A stretch of DNA of 64,000 nt from NCBI GenBank assembly GCA_965263035.1, contig OZ253580.1, positions 3,168,001 to 3,232,000 of the forward strand, written 5' to 3'. Position 1 is the first letter of the stretch, and each line of letters opens with the position of its first letter. Source of the DNA: Acidobacteriota bacterium (GTDB lineage Bacteria; Acidobacteriota; UBA6911; RPQK01; JAJDTT01). Below the pieces are notes generated by a model. That model was not told where the DNA came from. It saw only the letters and a program-made list of their open reading frames with translations, and did no database searches. The translations under genes and the position numbers were made by a program. Shown piece after piece: positions 17,969 through 28,268 of the stretch.

Positions 17969-18706
17969 TCAGTGTTCTTCGTCGTGTGCATGCTCCACGG
18001 AACCAGCGATGTAGACGATGGTCAAGACGGAGAAAATGAAGGCCTGCAGCGTGCCGGCGAAGAGGCCCAGCGCCATCACCGGCATCGAGATCACAAAGGG
18101 GAACAGTTGGTTCAGGTTGGTGACGATCAGCTCCTCGGCGTAGATGTTGCCCATGAGCCGGACCGAGAGAGAGAAAGGACGCGCCAGGTGGCTGATGATC
18201 TCGATCACGAAAAGGACCGGGGCGATGGCCAGTGAGGGACCGGCGAAATGAGCCATGTACTTGACGAAGCCATGAACCCGGAACCCGTGGTAGTTGTAGT
18301 AGAGGAAGACGACGATTCCGCAGGCCGCGGTGATGTTGATGTTGCTGGTGGGCGGCATGAACCCGGGGAAGAGCCCCAGGAGGTTTCCCGCCAGGATGTA
18401 GAGGAACAGAGTTCCGATCAAGGGAAAGAAGCGGCGTGCACCGGGTCCGATGATCTCCTTCATCAATCCCAGCAGACCCTCGAACAGAACTTCCAGCACC
18501 TGTTGTACCCCGCCCGGATTGTCCACGCTCAGGCGCCTCCTCACCAGGAGGGCGACCACGGTGAGGATGAGACAGACGAAGATGACCATGACCAGGTGGG
18601 CCGGAAGGACGTCGTGGTCCACTCGAAACCCCAAGGCCTCGGCCAGAGGATTTGCGAGGTAGCGGTTGAAGAGGGTCGCCGACAGGAACTCGTGGTGTTG
18701 ATCCAT
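17969..18706 (-). CDS. atpB: ATP synthase F0 subunit a
   Basis: ARPFSLSVRLMGNI with the essential Arg; LQAFIFSVLTIVYI. Confidence 0.97.
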   Translation of the reverse strand: MDQHHEFLSATLFNRYLANPLAEALGFRVDHDVLPAHLVMVIFVCLILTVVALLVRRRLSVDNPGGVQQVLEVLFEGLLGLMKEIIGPGARRFFPLIGTLFLYILAGNLLGLFPGFMPPTSNINITAACGIVVFLYYNYHGFRVHGFVKYMAHFAGPSLAIAPVLFVIEIISHLARPFSLSVRLMGNIYAEELIVTNLNQLFPFVISMPVMALGLFAGTLQAFIFSVLTIVYIAGSVEHAHDEEH

Positions 18707-18775
18707 TTCCGATCCTGTTTCAGAAGTTCTTCCGTCCCGAGGGTGTCACGCCGGATCAGGCATGAACTGTGCGGG

Positions 18776-19114
18776 TCAGGATTTGTACAACGCCTCCAAC
18801 ACTGCTGAAAGGATGGGTATGGAAAGCCCCAGGACCGCCCCCGGCACACTCAAAAAAGGAATTTGCATCATAGCAAAGAGACCTCCCAGCATCAAGACCA
18901 TGCGACCCCCGTTCAGGGCCAGAAAACGCAGCGCTGAAGGCTTCCCGTCCGGCGCCAGCAGCCGCCCGGCCAGCCGGTCCAGGACCTTGAGGTTCAGCAG
19001 CGAGGCCAGTGCTCCGGCCAGGATGGAAAGGGCCATCCAGAATCCGTAAACCAATCCCCCGATTACGGATATGGCGATCAGGAGGATGATTGCATTGCGT
19101 GAAATGCGCTCCAA
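18776..19114 (-). CDS. atpI: ATP synthase subunit I family protein
   Basis: Small 4-TM protein immediately upstream of atpB. Confidence 0.7.
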   Translation of the reverse strand: MERISRNAIILLIAISVIGGLVYGFWMALSILAGALASLLNLKVLDRLAGRLLAPDGKPSALRFLALNGGRMVLMLGGLFAMMQIPFLSVPGAVLGLSIPILSAVLEALYKS

Positions 19115-19117
19115 ATC

Positions 19118-19399
19118 TTACCTGCTGAACATTCTCACGACTCGGACCAGGCCGGCCACTCCCCCGAGAAGCAACCCGGCCACGGAGATCCAGGGATCGG
19201 AATCCAAGCGCCGGTCCAGAAGATAGCCGATCAGATAGCCGACCAGAAGACACGAGGGGAGCAGAAAAATGATGGAGCTGTAGCGAGCCACTTGGGTGTA
19301 GACGCCACCCTTTTCCCGCTTCCCGTTTCGCAACTCTTTCCGCCTTCCCGATCCGCGTTCAAGCTGCCGGACGAACCACGGCGTCCTCGCCGGCGGCAT
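19118..19399 (-). CDS. AtpZ/AtpI family protein
   Basis: VGYLIGYLLDRRLDSDPW...GLLLGGVAG. True start may be TTG 19333. Confidence 0.8.
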   Translation of the reverse strand: MPPARTPWFVRQLERGSGRRKELRNGKREKGGVYTQVARYSSIIFLLPSCLLVGYLIGYLLDRRLDSDPWISVAGLLLGGVAGLVRVVRMFSR

Positions 19400-19421
19400 T
19401 GGAAGGAGGCGTCCGGAACCG

Positions 19422-20951
19422 TCAGAAAATCAGGGGGAGGCTGGCGATTCGGGCCAGGTCGAAGAAAGGCTCCGGATAGATCCCCATGACGATGGTGAAA
19501 AATCCGGTGACCGAAAGGACGAACCAGACACCCACAGAAAAGCTCAACGGGACCGGGAGGGACTCCTTCTCGATGAACATGGCCACCACGATCCGCAAGT
19601 AGTAGAAGAGGGAGACGACGGCATTGAGGGCGGCCACCACGGCCAGCCAAATCAGCAGCTGTCCATGGACCTGACCGGCCGCCAGGGCCGATTCGATCAC
19701 CGCCGCGAACATCGCGTACTTGGCGATGAATCCGGCCAGCGGGGGAATGCCCGCCAGGGACAGGAAGAAAATGAGATTCAGTATCGCCAGACCGGGATGC
19801 TTGAAGTAGAGGCCGTTGAAGTCCTCGATCGATTCACCGATCACATCCTGCCGCCGCAGCAGAATGACGATGGCCCAGGCGCCGAGATTCATGAAGGTAT
19901 AGGCGAACAGATAGAGCACCGATGCCGAGATTCCTTGCTGGGAACCCACCACCAGTCCCATCAGCACGAATCCGGCGTGGGAGATGCTGGAATAGGCGAG
20001 CAGCCGCTTGACGTTCTGCTGAGTGACCGCCGCCACGTTTCCCCAGGTCATGGTCGCCATGGCAATGACGGCCAGGACCCCGATGTACAGGTCGTGGAAG
20101 TCGAGAAAGGTCACGTAGAAGATTCGCAGGAAGACGGCGAAAGCGGCTCCCTTGACCGCTACCGACATGAAGGCGGTGATGCCGGTGGGCGCACCCTCGT
20201 AGGCATCGGGAGCCCACATGTGGAAGGGGACGGCCGCGACCTTGAAGCAGAGGCCGGCCAGCATCAGGAAGAGAGCCAGGATCAACAGCGTGTTGTCCTC
20301 CCGCTTGGCCGCCTCCTGGGCGATGACGTTCAGGTTGGTGCTGCCGCTGATCCCGTAGAGCAGGGACATCCCGTAAAGGATGATGGAAGTGGAGAAGGCG
20401 CCCATGAGGAAGTATTTCATGGCAGCTTCGTTGGAGCGGCGCTGCCGGCGCAGAAAACCGACCAGGATATAGGTCGAAACGGACATGAGCTCCAGGCCCA
20501 CGAAGATGGTGACCAGGTCGATGGCCCCGGCCATGAACATCATGCCGGCGGTGGCGAAGAGGAGGATGGCGTAGTACTCGCTGTGTTGGGCGTCCTCAAT
20601 GTCCAGATGCCGGTAGGAAAGAGCGACCGTCAGAATGGCCGATACCAGGAACAGGATTCCGAAGACCTCGGAGAAGGCGTCCTGGGTCACCATGTTGTAA
20701 AAGGCATCCCCGTTTCCGGTGCCCCACAGGCGCCAGAGCTGGAGCCCGGCCCCCAGTAGCCCCCCCAGGGCAAACACGACCGACAGGGACTTTCCGCGGA
20801 ATCCAAGGATCCGGGTTCCCCGCCCGGGCAGGATGAAGTCGATGCAGAGGAGTCCCAGGCCCCAGACGATCAGATGCAATTGAGGTGCGATGGCCCGGGC
20901 GTTCAGGGAGAGAAAACTGGCGAGTTCCCCGGCCGTCGGTATTTCGGGCAT
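19422..20951 (-). CDS. nuoN: NADH-quinone oxidoreductase subunit N
   Basis: EAAMKYFLMGAFS, FKVAAVPFHMWAPDAYEGAP, KRLLAYSSISHAG. Confidence 0.97.
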   Translation of the reverse strand: MPEIPTAGELASFLSLNARAIAPQLHLIVWGLGLLCIDFILPGRGTRILGFRGKSLSVVFALGGLLGAGLQLWRLWGTGNGDAFYNMVTQDAFSEVFGILFLVSAILTVALSYRHLDIEDAQHSEYYAILLFATAGMMFMAGAIDLVTIFVGLELMSVSTYILVGFLRRQRRSNEAAMKYFLMGAFSTSIILYGMSLLYGISGSTNLNVIAQEAAKREDNTLLILALFLMLAGLCFKVAAVPFHMWAPDAYEGAPTGITAFMSVAVKGAAFAVFLRIFYVTFLDFHDLYIGVLAVIAMATMTWGNVAAVTQQNVKRLLAYSSISHAGFVLMGLVVGSQQGISASVLYLFAYTFMNLGAWAIVILLRRQDVIGESIEDFNGLYFKHPGLAILNLIFFLSLAGIPPLAGFIAKYAMFAAVIESALAAGQVHGQLLIWLAVVAALNAVVSLFYYLRIVVAMFIEKESLPVPLSFSVGVWFVLSVTGFFTIVMGIYPEPFFDLARIASLPLIF

Positions 20952-22511
20952 CTATCGATCTCCGATCTCGGCCTGCATGGAGCGAGGCTGGAATTCCCCG
21001 GGTCTCACCTTCTCCACGATCTGATTGACGGGCTCGTGCAGGTAGGACAGAAACGGACTCGGGTAGAGACCGATCCAGAAGGCCAGAATGATGAGGGGGA
21101 CGAAGGTCGCCAGCTCCCGGGGAGTCAGGTCCGGAAGCTTGCGGTTCTCTTCCTGCTTGATGGTCCCGAACATCACCCGCTGGTAGAGCCAGAGCATATA
21201 CGCCGCCCCGAGGACGATGCCGGCGGCGCCGAAAACGGCCCAGAGCCTGTAGTCGGGATCGGCAAAGACCCCCTGCAGCACCATGAACTCTCCGATGAAT
21301 CCGTTGAGCGTGGGCATGCCGATGGAGGAGAGGGTCATGATCAGAAAGACGACGGCGTACACCGGCATGACGTGGGACAGACCGCTGTAGTCGCTGATCA
21401 TGCGGGTGTGCCGGCGCTCGTAGATGATTCCCACGATCAGGAAGAGGGCTCCGGTGGAGATCCCGTGATTGATCATCTGGAGGATGCCTCCCTCCAGCGC
21501 CACCGGCGTCACGATGAAGACGCCCAGCATGCAGAATCCCAGGTGGCTGACGGAGGAGTACGCCACCAGTTTCTTGATGTCCTTCTGCATCATGGCCACC
21601 AGGGCTCCGTAGATGATCCCGATCACGGAGATGGCCATCATCCAGGGCAGAAACTCCATGGTGGCGTCGGGCAGGATGGGAAGGCTGAAGCGGACGAAAC
21701 CATAGGTGCCCATCTTGAGCAGCACCCCGGCCAGGATGACCGAGCCGGCCGTCGGAGCCTCGACGTGGGCGTCCGGAAGCCAGGTATGGAAGGGGAACAA
21801 GGGAACCTTGATGGCGAAACCGACGAACATGGCCAGGAAGATCCAGTACTGGAGATCGGGCGGGATGCCCAGTTCCTGAAAGGCCAGAATGTCGAAAGAC
21901 CAGATGCCCTTCACGGCATACTGATGAAAGTAGAGGGCCAGGATTCCCAGCAGGAGCAGGACCGATCCCAGCAGCGTATAGAGGAAGAACTTGATGGCGG
22001 CGTACAGTTTCCGCGGGCCGCCCCAGATGCCGATGATGAAGTACATGGGCACCAGCATCACTTCCCAGAAGACGTAGAAGAAGAAGAAGTCCAGGGCCAT
22101 GAATACGCCCAGCATCCCCGTCTGCAGGATCAGGAAGTAGCAGTAGTACTCACGGACCCGGGTGGTGATGGCGTTCCACGACGAGAGAATGGAGATGGAT
22201 CCGAGCAGGGTGGTCAGAAGGATCAACAGCAGGCTGATGCCGTCGATTCCGAAATAGTACTGGACGCCCAGCGACTCGATCCACGGGGCCTTGAAGACGA
22301 ATCGCATCCCGCTCGGGTCGATGAACTCCGGCCGGTTGAAATGGGTGATCAGGGGGATGGAGACCAGGAACCCTACGAAGGCGACGATGTTGGCGATCCA
22401 CTTGACCTCGGTCTCATGCTCCTTCCCCTTGGGCCAGAACAGAATCATCAGCACGCCCAGGAGGGGGAAGAAGCAGACGATGGTCAGGATGTTGGTCATG
22501 AAAAAGCCCAT
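20952..22511 (-). CDS. nuoM: NADH-quinone oxidoreductase subunit M
   Basis: FYVFWEVMLVP, KVPLFPFHTWLPDAHVEAPT, LLKMGTYG. Confidence 0.97.
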   Translation of the reverse strand: MGFFMTNILTIVCFFPLLGVLMILFWPKGKEHETEVKWIANIVAFVGFLVSIPLITHFNRPEFIDPSGMRFVFKAPWIESLGVQYYFGIDGISLLLILLTTLLGSISILSSWNAITTRVREYYCYFLILQTGMLGVFMALDFFFFYVFWEVMLVPMYFIIGIWGGPRKLYAAIKFFLYTLLGSVLLLLGILALYFHQYAVKGIWSFDILAFQELGIPPDLQYWIFLAMFVGFAIKVPLFPFHTWLPDAHVEAPTAGSVILAGVLLKMGTYGFVRFSLPILPDATMEFLPWMMAISVIGIIYGALVAMMQKDIKKLVAYSSVSHLGFCMLGVFIVTPVALEGGILQMINHGISTGALFLIVGIIYERRHTRMISDYSGLSHVMPVYAVVFLIMTLSSIGMPTLNGFIGEFMVLQGVFADPDYRLWAVFGAAGIVLGAAYMLWLYQRVMFGTIKQEENRKLPDLTPRELATFVPLIILAFWIGLYPSPFLSYLHEPVNQIVEKVRPGEFQPRSMQAEIGDR

Positions 22512-22515
22512 AGGA

Positions 22516-24579
22516 CTATGCTCCCAGGTAGAGATAGCAGCCGATGATGAGCACCAGCCCCAAGACGAAGAAGGCGATGTAGCGTTGGACCAGACCGGTC
22601 TGCAGACGCCGCAAGACTGAGCTGAAGAACTCCACGATCTCCGCCACCAGATTCACCAGCCGGTCCACGATGTGGATGTCCGCCTGACCCGAGATCCAGG
22701 CGGAGATGCGGGTGGCGGCGGCGCTTCCGTTCACCAGGCCGTCCACCACCTTGAGATCGAAGGCGCTGAGCCAGGTTCCCAGGCCCTTGCAGCGATTCAC
22801 GAAGACGGCGTCGTAGATCTCGTCCACGTAGAACTTGTTGTAGACGACCCGGTGGAGGCCGTGGAACCGGTCGCGCAACTGTCCCGCCTTCTCGGGCCGG
22901 GCGAGGAAGAAATGGTAGGCCAGCCAGATGCCCCCGCCGGCAACCGCCACCGAAACCAGTGTCAGGAGAATCTCCTCCAGGTGGGAATGGTGGCCCACGG
23001 CTTCGGGCCGATAGGCGGTCGCCAGGGCCGGTTCCAGGAAGTGCTCGAAGACGTTGGGCCCCAGCCACGCCGGAAGTCCCAGGTAGCCCACCACGACCGA
23101 CCCCCCGGCCAACACCATGAGGGGTACGGTCATCACCCGAGGCGATTCGTGGGGCGTGTGCCCCGAGTGGTGGTCATGGCGTTCCTTCCCATGAAAGGTC
23201 AGGAACATCATCCGGAACATGTAGAAGGCGGTCATGCCCGCCACCAGCACGCCGGCGGCCCAGATCAGGGGGCTGCCCCCCGGGAGGCTGAAGGCGCGCC
23301 ACAGAATCTCGTCCTTGGAGAAGAATCCGGCCAGGCCAGGCACGCCGGCGATGGCCAGGGTCCCCACCAACATGGTCCACCAGGTGGTGGGGAGGTGTTT
23401 CCTCAGGCCTCCCATCTTCATCATGTCCTGTTCGTGGTGCATGCCCATGATGACGCTTCCCGAGCCCAGGAAGAGGAGAGCCTTGAAGAAGGCGTGGGTC
23501 ATGAGATGGAAGATCCCGGCGCTGAAGGCGCCCACACCCAGGGCGGTCACCATGTAGCCCAGCTGACTCACCGTGGAGTAGGCCAGAATCCGCTTGATGT
23601 CCCGCTGAAACAGGGCGATGCATGCCGCCAGCAACGCGGTCACGATTCCCACCACCGCCACCAGCAACATGACCTCGGGCGCGCGGCTGTAGATGGCCGC
23701 CGAGCGGGCCACCATGTAGACGCCGGCCGTCACCATGGTGGCGGCGTGGATCAGCGCACTGACGGGAGTCGGACCTTCCATGGCGTCGGGTAGCCAGACA
23801 TAGAGGGGGATCTGGGCGCTCTTCCCGGTGGCGCCGATGAACAGCAGCAGTGCCGCCCAGCTCAATGGACCCCAGACTGATTCGGGCTCGGGAACCAGGG
23901 TGGCGATCCGGGAGAAGAGATCGGTGAAGTCCAGGGTCCCGAAGTAGGCGAAGAGCAGCATCATTCCCAGGATGAAGCCGTAGTCGCCGATCCGGTTGAC
24001 CACGAAGGCCTTCTTGGCGGCATCGCCGGCGCTCCTCTTCTCCATGTAGTAGCCGATGAGCAGATAGGAGCAGAGGCCCACGCCTTCCCAGCCCACGAAC
24101 ATGAGGAGGAAGTTGTTGGCCAGGACCAGGGTGAGCATCATGAACATGAACAGGTTCATGTAGGCGAAGAAACGGTAGAAGCCCTCTTCTTCGTACATGT
24201 ACCCGATGGAGTAGAGGTGGATCAGGAATCCGATGCCCGTGACCACCAGGATCATGACGGCCGAAAGCGGATCCAGTTGGAAGCCCCAGTCGATCTGGAA
24301 CTGGGCGAGTTCGCCGGAGGCGGTCCGGATCATCAGGCCCGGGATCCAATTGAAGAGATTCACCTCATGGATTCGGTTCTCCGGATCCAGCTTGAGCAGA
24401 CTGAAGAAGGAACCCAGCGAGATCAGGAACGCCAGCAGCACCGCGCCGCATGCGACGGCGGCCACGAAGCTCTTTTGGGGCCGGCGGCCGGTCCGGCGGA
24501 CGCACCAGAGTCCCCACAGGCCGTTGATCAGGAACCCCGCCAGGGGACAAAGGGGAATGAGCCAAATGGTGTTCAGCAT
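22516..24579 (-). CDS. nuoL: NADH-quinone oxidoreductase subunit L
   Basis: GWEGVGLCSY, GKSAQIPLYVWLPDAMEGPTPVSALIHAATMV, HAFFKALLF. Confidence 0.97.
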   Translation of the reverse strand: MLNTIWLIPLCPLAGFLINGLWGLWCVRRTGRRPQKSFVAAVACGAVLLAFLISLGSFFSLLKLDPENRIHEVNLFNWIPGLMIRTASGELAQFQIDWGFQLDPLSAVMILVVTGIGFLIHLYSIGYMYEEEGFYRFFAYMNLFMFMMLTLVLANNFLLMFVGWEGVGLCSYLLIGYYMEKRSAGDAAKKAFVVNRIGDYGFILGMMLLFAYFGTLDFTDLFSRIATLVPEPESVWGPLSWAALLLFIGATGKSAQIPLYVWLPDAMEGPTPVSALIHAATMVTAGVYMVARSAAIYSRAPEVMLLVAVVGIVTALLAACIALFQRDIKRILAYSTVSQLGYMVTALGVGAFSAGIFHLMTHAFFKALLFLGSGSVIMGMHHEQDMMKMGGLRKHLPTTWWTMLVGTLAIAGVPGLAGFFSKDEILWRAFSLPGGSPLIWAAGVLVAGMTAFYMFRMMFLTFHGKERHDHHSGHTPHESPRVMTVPLMVLAGGSVVVGYLGLPAWLGPNVFEHFLEPALATAYRPEAVGHHSHLEEILLTLVSVAVAGGGIWLAYHFFLARPEKAGQLRDRFHGLHRVVYNKFYVDEIYDAVFVNRCKGLGTWLSAFDLKVVDGLVNGSAAATRISAWISGQADIHIVDRLVNLVAEIVEFFSSVLRRLQTGLVQRYIAFFVLGLVLIIGCYLYLGA

Positions 24580-24594
24580 GCCAGGGACCCCGGC

Positions 24595-24897
24595 TCAGCC
24601 TCTCATGAGGTCGATCTCATCCAGGTTGATGGTTTCCCGGTTGCGGAACAGGGCGATCACGATGCCCAGTCCCACTGCCGCCTCGGCCGCGGCGACGGTG
24701 ATGACGAAGATGACGAAGACCTGGCCCGCCAGATCCTGCAGGTGAGCCGAGAAGGCGATCAGGTTCAAATTCACGGCATTGAGCATGAGCTCGATGGACA
24801 TGAAGATGATGATGACGTTTCTTCGGGTGAGCACGCCGACGACACCGATGGTGAAGACGATGGCGCTCAGGAAGAGGTAGTGGTTGGGTCCGATCAT
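24595..24897 (-). CDS. nuoK: NADH-quinone oxidoreductase subunit K
   Basis: [26 protein letters not shown]. Confidence 0.97.
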   Translation of the reverse strand: MIGPNHYLFLSAIVFTIGVVGVLTRRNVIIIFMSIELMLNAVNLNLIAFSAHLQDLAGQVFVIFVITVAAAEAAVGLGIVIALFRNRETINLDEIDLMRG

Positions 24898-24915
24898 CCT
24901 AGACTCCGCGCCGGT

Positions 24916-25428
24916 TCAGATCTCCTTCTTGGCCAATACCACGGCGCCGACGATGGCGACCAGCAGCAGGACCGATGCAATCTCGAAGGGAAGGAGGTAG
25001 GTGCTGTAGAGAACGGTCCCTACGGCTTCCGTATTCATGGTCTCGGTGGTGGCGATGATCCCCGATTCGGCCAGCCCCTCCTCCAGAGACACGGTTCCCC
25101 GGAAAATGAGGAGGCCCAGCTCCAGGCAGAGGACCACGGCCAGGACCAGGCCGGTCCTCCATTGCCGGTTCACCTTCGGCTGCCGTTCCAGAGCTTCGAT
25201 GCTGACCAGCATGATGACGAAGAGAAAAAGCACCATGATGCCGCCCACGTAGACCAGCACCTGGACGGCGCCCACGAACTCCGCCTCCATGAGGAAGAAG
25301 AATCCCGCCACCGCCAGCAGCGCCGAAACCAGATAGACGGCGCTCCGCACCGGGTTCCGCGCGGTCACCGTGAGGATGGAGAAGGTCACCAGAATCAGCG
25401 CCAGCGCGTAGAAGAGATAGGTTTCCAT
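24916..25428 (-). CDS. nuoJ: NADH-quinone oxidoreductase subunit J
   Basis: AEFVGAVQVLVYVGGIMVLFLFVIML, YLLPFEIASVLLLVAIVGA. Confidence 0.96.
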   Translation of the reverse strand: METYLFYALALILVTFSILTVTARNPVRSAVYLVSALLAVAGFFFLMEAEFVGAVQVLVYVGGIMVLFLFVIMLVSIEALERQPKVNRQWRTGLVLAVVLCLELGLLIFRGTVSLEEGLAESGIIATTETMNTEAVGTVLYSTYLLPFEIASVLLLVAIVGAVVLAKKEI

Positions 25429-25505
25429 GCTCTATCGGTCCGTGGTGCGGCGGTCACCGCGAAAATGCTCCGGATCCGGAGACACCGGAGCGTTCCTGAA
25501 GGCCG

Positions 25506-25967
25506 TCAATTGTAGTTCTTCCCGAAATCGATGCGGTCCCAACACTTCTCCAGCCGCTCTCGATCCCACACCATGTCCCTGCGGTCGTATGCGGCCAGCT
25601 CGAAGTCCTGGGTCAGCTCGATGGCGTTGGTGGGACACACCTCTTGGCAGAGTCCACAGAACAGGCAGCGGGAAGTGTCGAAAGTGTAGTGGGTCAGCAC
25701 CTTCTTGCGGCTCTCCGGATCCCTGGTGGAGCCGACGACGATCAGGTCTTCCGGACAGATCAGGGCGCAAAGGTCACAGGCGATGCAGAGGGTCTCACCC
25801 GTTTCCGGGTCGTTGTTCAGGCGGGGAGCTCCCTTGTAGCGCTCCGCCAGCTTGGGCTTCTCGGTCGGATACTGTTCCGTGTACACCTTGGAGTAGGTGT
25901 ATCGAAAGGTCACGGCCAGACCCTTCACGATGTCCCAGAAGAGCATGCGGCGTAGGAATTCAATCAT
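25506..25967 (-). CDS. nuoI: NADH-quinone oxidoreductase subunit I
   Basis: Two 4Fe-4S motifs, CIACDLCALICP and CLFCGLCQEVCP; TEQYP. Confidence 0.95.
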   Translation of the reverse strand: MIEFLRRMLFWDIVKGLAVTFRYTYSKVYTEQYPTEKPKLAERYKGAPRLNNDPETGETLCIACDLCALICPEDLIVVGSTRDPESRKKVLTHYTFDTSRCLFCGLCQEVCPTNAIELTQDFELAAYDRRDMVWDRERLEKCWDRIDFGKNYN

Positions 25968-26052
25968 TGTTGATCCGCCTGATCTATGGAGCCGGACTCG
26001 AAGCAGACGGCCCGGCTCGACCCGTCAATTTACAAACCCGTAGTGGAGTTGT

Positions 26053-27153
26053 CTACATGAACGCCAGCACCGCTCCCGCCGTGACGATCACGTTGGCCAG
26101 GGCCAGCGGGAGAAAGACCTTCCAGCCGTAGCGCATCAACTGGTCGAAACGGTATCGGGGAAGCGTGCCCCGGATCCAGATGAAGACGTACAGCAGCACG
26201 AACACCTTGATTACGAACCACAACAGCGAAGGGATCACGTCCAGAAACGAGAGCCACTCCAGGTTGGGAAAGGGCCTCAGCCAACCCCCCAGGAACAGGG
26301 TCACCGCCACCGCGCAGACCGTGACCATGGCGGCGTACTCGGCGATGAAGAAGAGGGAGAAGCGGAAGCCGCTGTATTCGGTATGGAAACCGCCCACCAG
26401 TTCGGTTTCGGCCTCGGGCAGATCGAAGGGCAGCCGGTTGGTCTCGGCCATGCCGCAGATGAAGAACAGGACGAAGGCCAGGGGCTGGTAGAAGATGTAC
26501 CAGACCTCGGCTTCCCGCTGATTCTCCACGATCTGAACCAGGCTCAGGGACTGGGTCACCAGCAGGACTCCGATCACGGAGAAGCCCAGGGCCACTTCGT
26601 AGCTGATCATCTGGGCGGTGGATCGAAGCGCTCCCAGCAGCGGATATTTACTGTTGGAGGCCCAGCCTCCCAGGATGACGCCCAGGATTCCGACGGACGA
26701 AATCGAGAGTACGAACAAGACCCCGATGTTGATGTCGGTGACGAACCCGCCCGAGGCAGCGGACTGGGTTGCGATGGACTCCACGGCCGCCGCGTCCAGA
26801 AAGGGACTCAGCACCCAACGCAGGAGGCCCTCCATCATTCCCGGAGGACCGAAGGGAATGACGGCGAACACCACGAAGGCGGGGATCAGGCTGATGGCGG
26901 GAGCCAGAGTGAAGATCAGCTTGTCCGACCGGGCGGGAACGATGTCCTCCTTGAGGATGAACTTCAGCCCGTCGGCGATGGGCTGGAGCAGCCCGTGCCA
27001 ACCGACCCGCATGGGGCCCAGCCGCACCTGGATATGGGCGATGATCTTGCGCTCGAGCAGGGTCAAGTAAGCGACGGCGCCGGAAAGAACGAGCACGATC
27101 ACCGCGACCTTGGCGAACGGTATGATTGCGTAGACGATGATCCACTCGGCCAT
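26053..27153 (-). CDS. nuoH: NADH-quinone oxidoreductase subunit H
   Basis: LERKIIAHIQVRLGP, GLLQPIADGLK, AETNRLPFDLPEAE. Confidence 0.97.
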   Translation of the reverse strand: MAEWIIVYAIIPFAKVAVIVLVLSGAVAYLTLLERKIIAHIQVRLGPMRVGWHGLLQPIADGLKFILKEDIVPARSDKLIFTLAPAISLIPAFVVFAVIPFGPPGMMEGLLRWVLSPFLDAAAVESIATQSAASGGFVTDINIGVLFVLSISSVGILGVILGGWASNSKYPLLGALRSTAQMISYEVALGFSVIGVLLVTQSLSLVQIVENQREAEVWYIFYQPLAFVLFFICGMAETNRLPFDLPEAETELVGGFHTEYSGFRFSLFFIAEYAAMVTVCAVAVTLFLGGWLRPFPNLEWLSFLDVIPSLLWFVIKVFVLLYVFIWIRGTLPRYRFDQLMRYGWKVFLPLALANVIVTAGAVLAFM

Positions 27154-28265
27154 CAGCGGTCGATCTCCCCCAGCACGATATCCAGGGTTCCGATGATGGC
27201 CACGACGTCCGCCACCAGATGTCCGCGAACCAGCCTCCGCAGCGCCTGGAGACTGATGAACGTGGGTGGACGGATGCGGAGCCGGAAGGGTTGCGGTGAT
27301 CCGTCACTGACGATGTAGTATCCCAATTCCCCCCTCGGGCTCTCGATGGCCGAGTAGTACTCGCCGACGGGCGGCTTGGGAATCTTGGGAGCCCGGCCCC
27401 GAATCGGACCTTCCGGCAAGGCGTCCAGGATCTGCGTGATGATGAGCCGGCTCTGACGCATCTCTTCGAGCCGGATCAGGTAGCGGTCGTAGGTATCGCC
27501 GTTCTTTCCCATGGGCACGTCGAACTGGAACTGCTCGTACCCGCCGTAGGGCCGGAGCTTGCGGATGTCGTGGTCGACGCCGGAGCCCCGGAGCGGGGGG
27601 CCGCTCAGCCCCCAGTCGATGGCCTCCTCGGCCGAAATGACGCCGATGCCCTTGGTCCGCTCCAGCCAGATACGATTCCGGGTGAGGAGCTGCTCGTACT
27701 CGTCGACGCGCGCCGGAAACTCGTCGATGAACTTCCGGCACGCCGCCTCGAACCCGGCAGGCATGTCCAACCACAAACCTCCGATCCGGAAGGCGTGGGT
27801 GGTCAGACGGGCGCCGAAGAGAGCCTCGAACAGCTTCAGGATCTCTTCCCTCTCCCGGAAGCAGTAGAGGAAGACGGTCATGGCCCCGATGTCGATGGCA
27901 TGGGTGGCCAACCAGAGCAGATGGCTCGCGATCCGGTTGAACTCGGTCATCATGATCCGAATGCGGCGAGCCCGCTCCGGGATCTCGATACCCAGCAGCT
28001 TCTCCACTCCCAGCACATAGCCGTAGACGTTGGACACGGCGGAGATGTAGTCCGTCCGGTCGAAGTAGGGAGTGCACTCGATGTAGTTGCGGTTCTCGGC
28101 GATCTTCTCCACGCCCCGGTGGAGATAGCCGATGATGCATTCGGCGTCGACCACCCGTTCTCCGTCCAGCTTGAGCCGGACTCGCAGCACGCCGTGGGTG
28201 GACGGGTGCTGGGGACCCATGTTGATCTCGAGTTCCTTGGTGTCGAGTACGGTCTGCCGGTTCAT
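27153..28265 (-). CDS. nuoD: NADH-quinone oxidoreductase subunit D
   Basis: [28 protein letters not shown]-terminal [10 protein letters not shown]. No NiFe CxxC motifs. Confidence 0.97.
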   Translation of the reverse strand: MNRQTVLDTKELEINMGPQHPSTHGVLRVRLKLDGERVVDAECIIGYLHRGVEKIAENRNYIECTPYFDRTDYISAVSNVYGYVLGVEKLLGIEIPERARRIRIMMTEFNRIASHLLWLATHAIDIGAMTVFLYCFREREEILKLFEALFGARLTTHAFRIGGLWLDMPAGFEAACRKFIDEFPARVDEYEQLLTRNRIWLERTKGIGVISAEEAIDWGLSGPPLRGSGVDHDIRKLRPYGGYEQFQFDVPMGKNGDTYDRYLIRLEEMRQSRLIITQILDALPEGPIRGRAPKIPKPPVGEYYSAIESPRGELGYYIVSDGSPQPFRLRIRPPTFISLQALRRLVRGHLVADVVAIIGTLDIVLGEIDR

Positions 28266-28268
28266 GGG

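Noticed and set aside
27153-28265. The nuo cluster as a group 4 [NiFe]-hydrogenase
   Set aside because: NuoD lacks both CxxC nickel-binding motifs and keeps the quinone-site His and Tyr.
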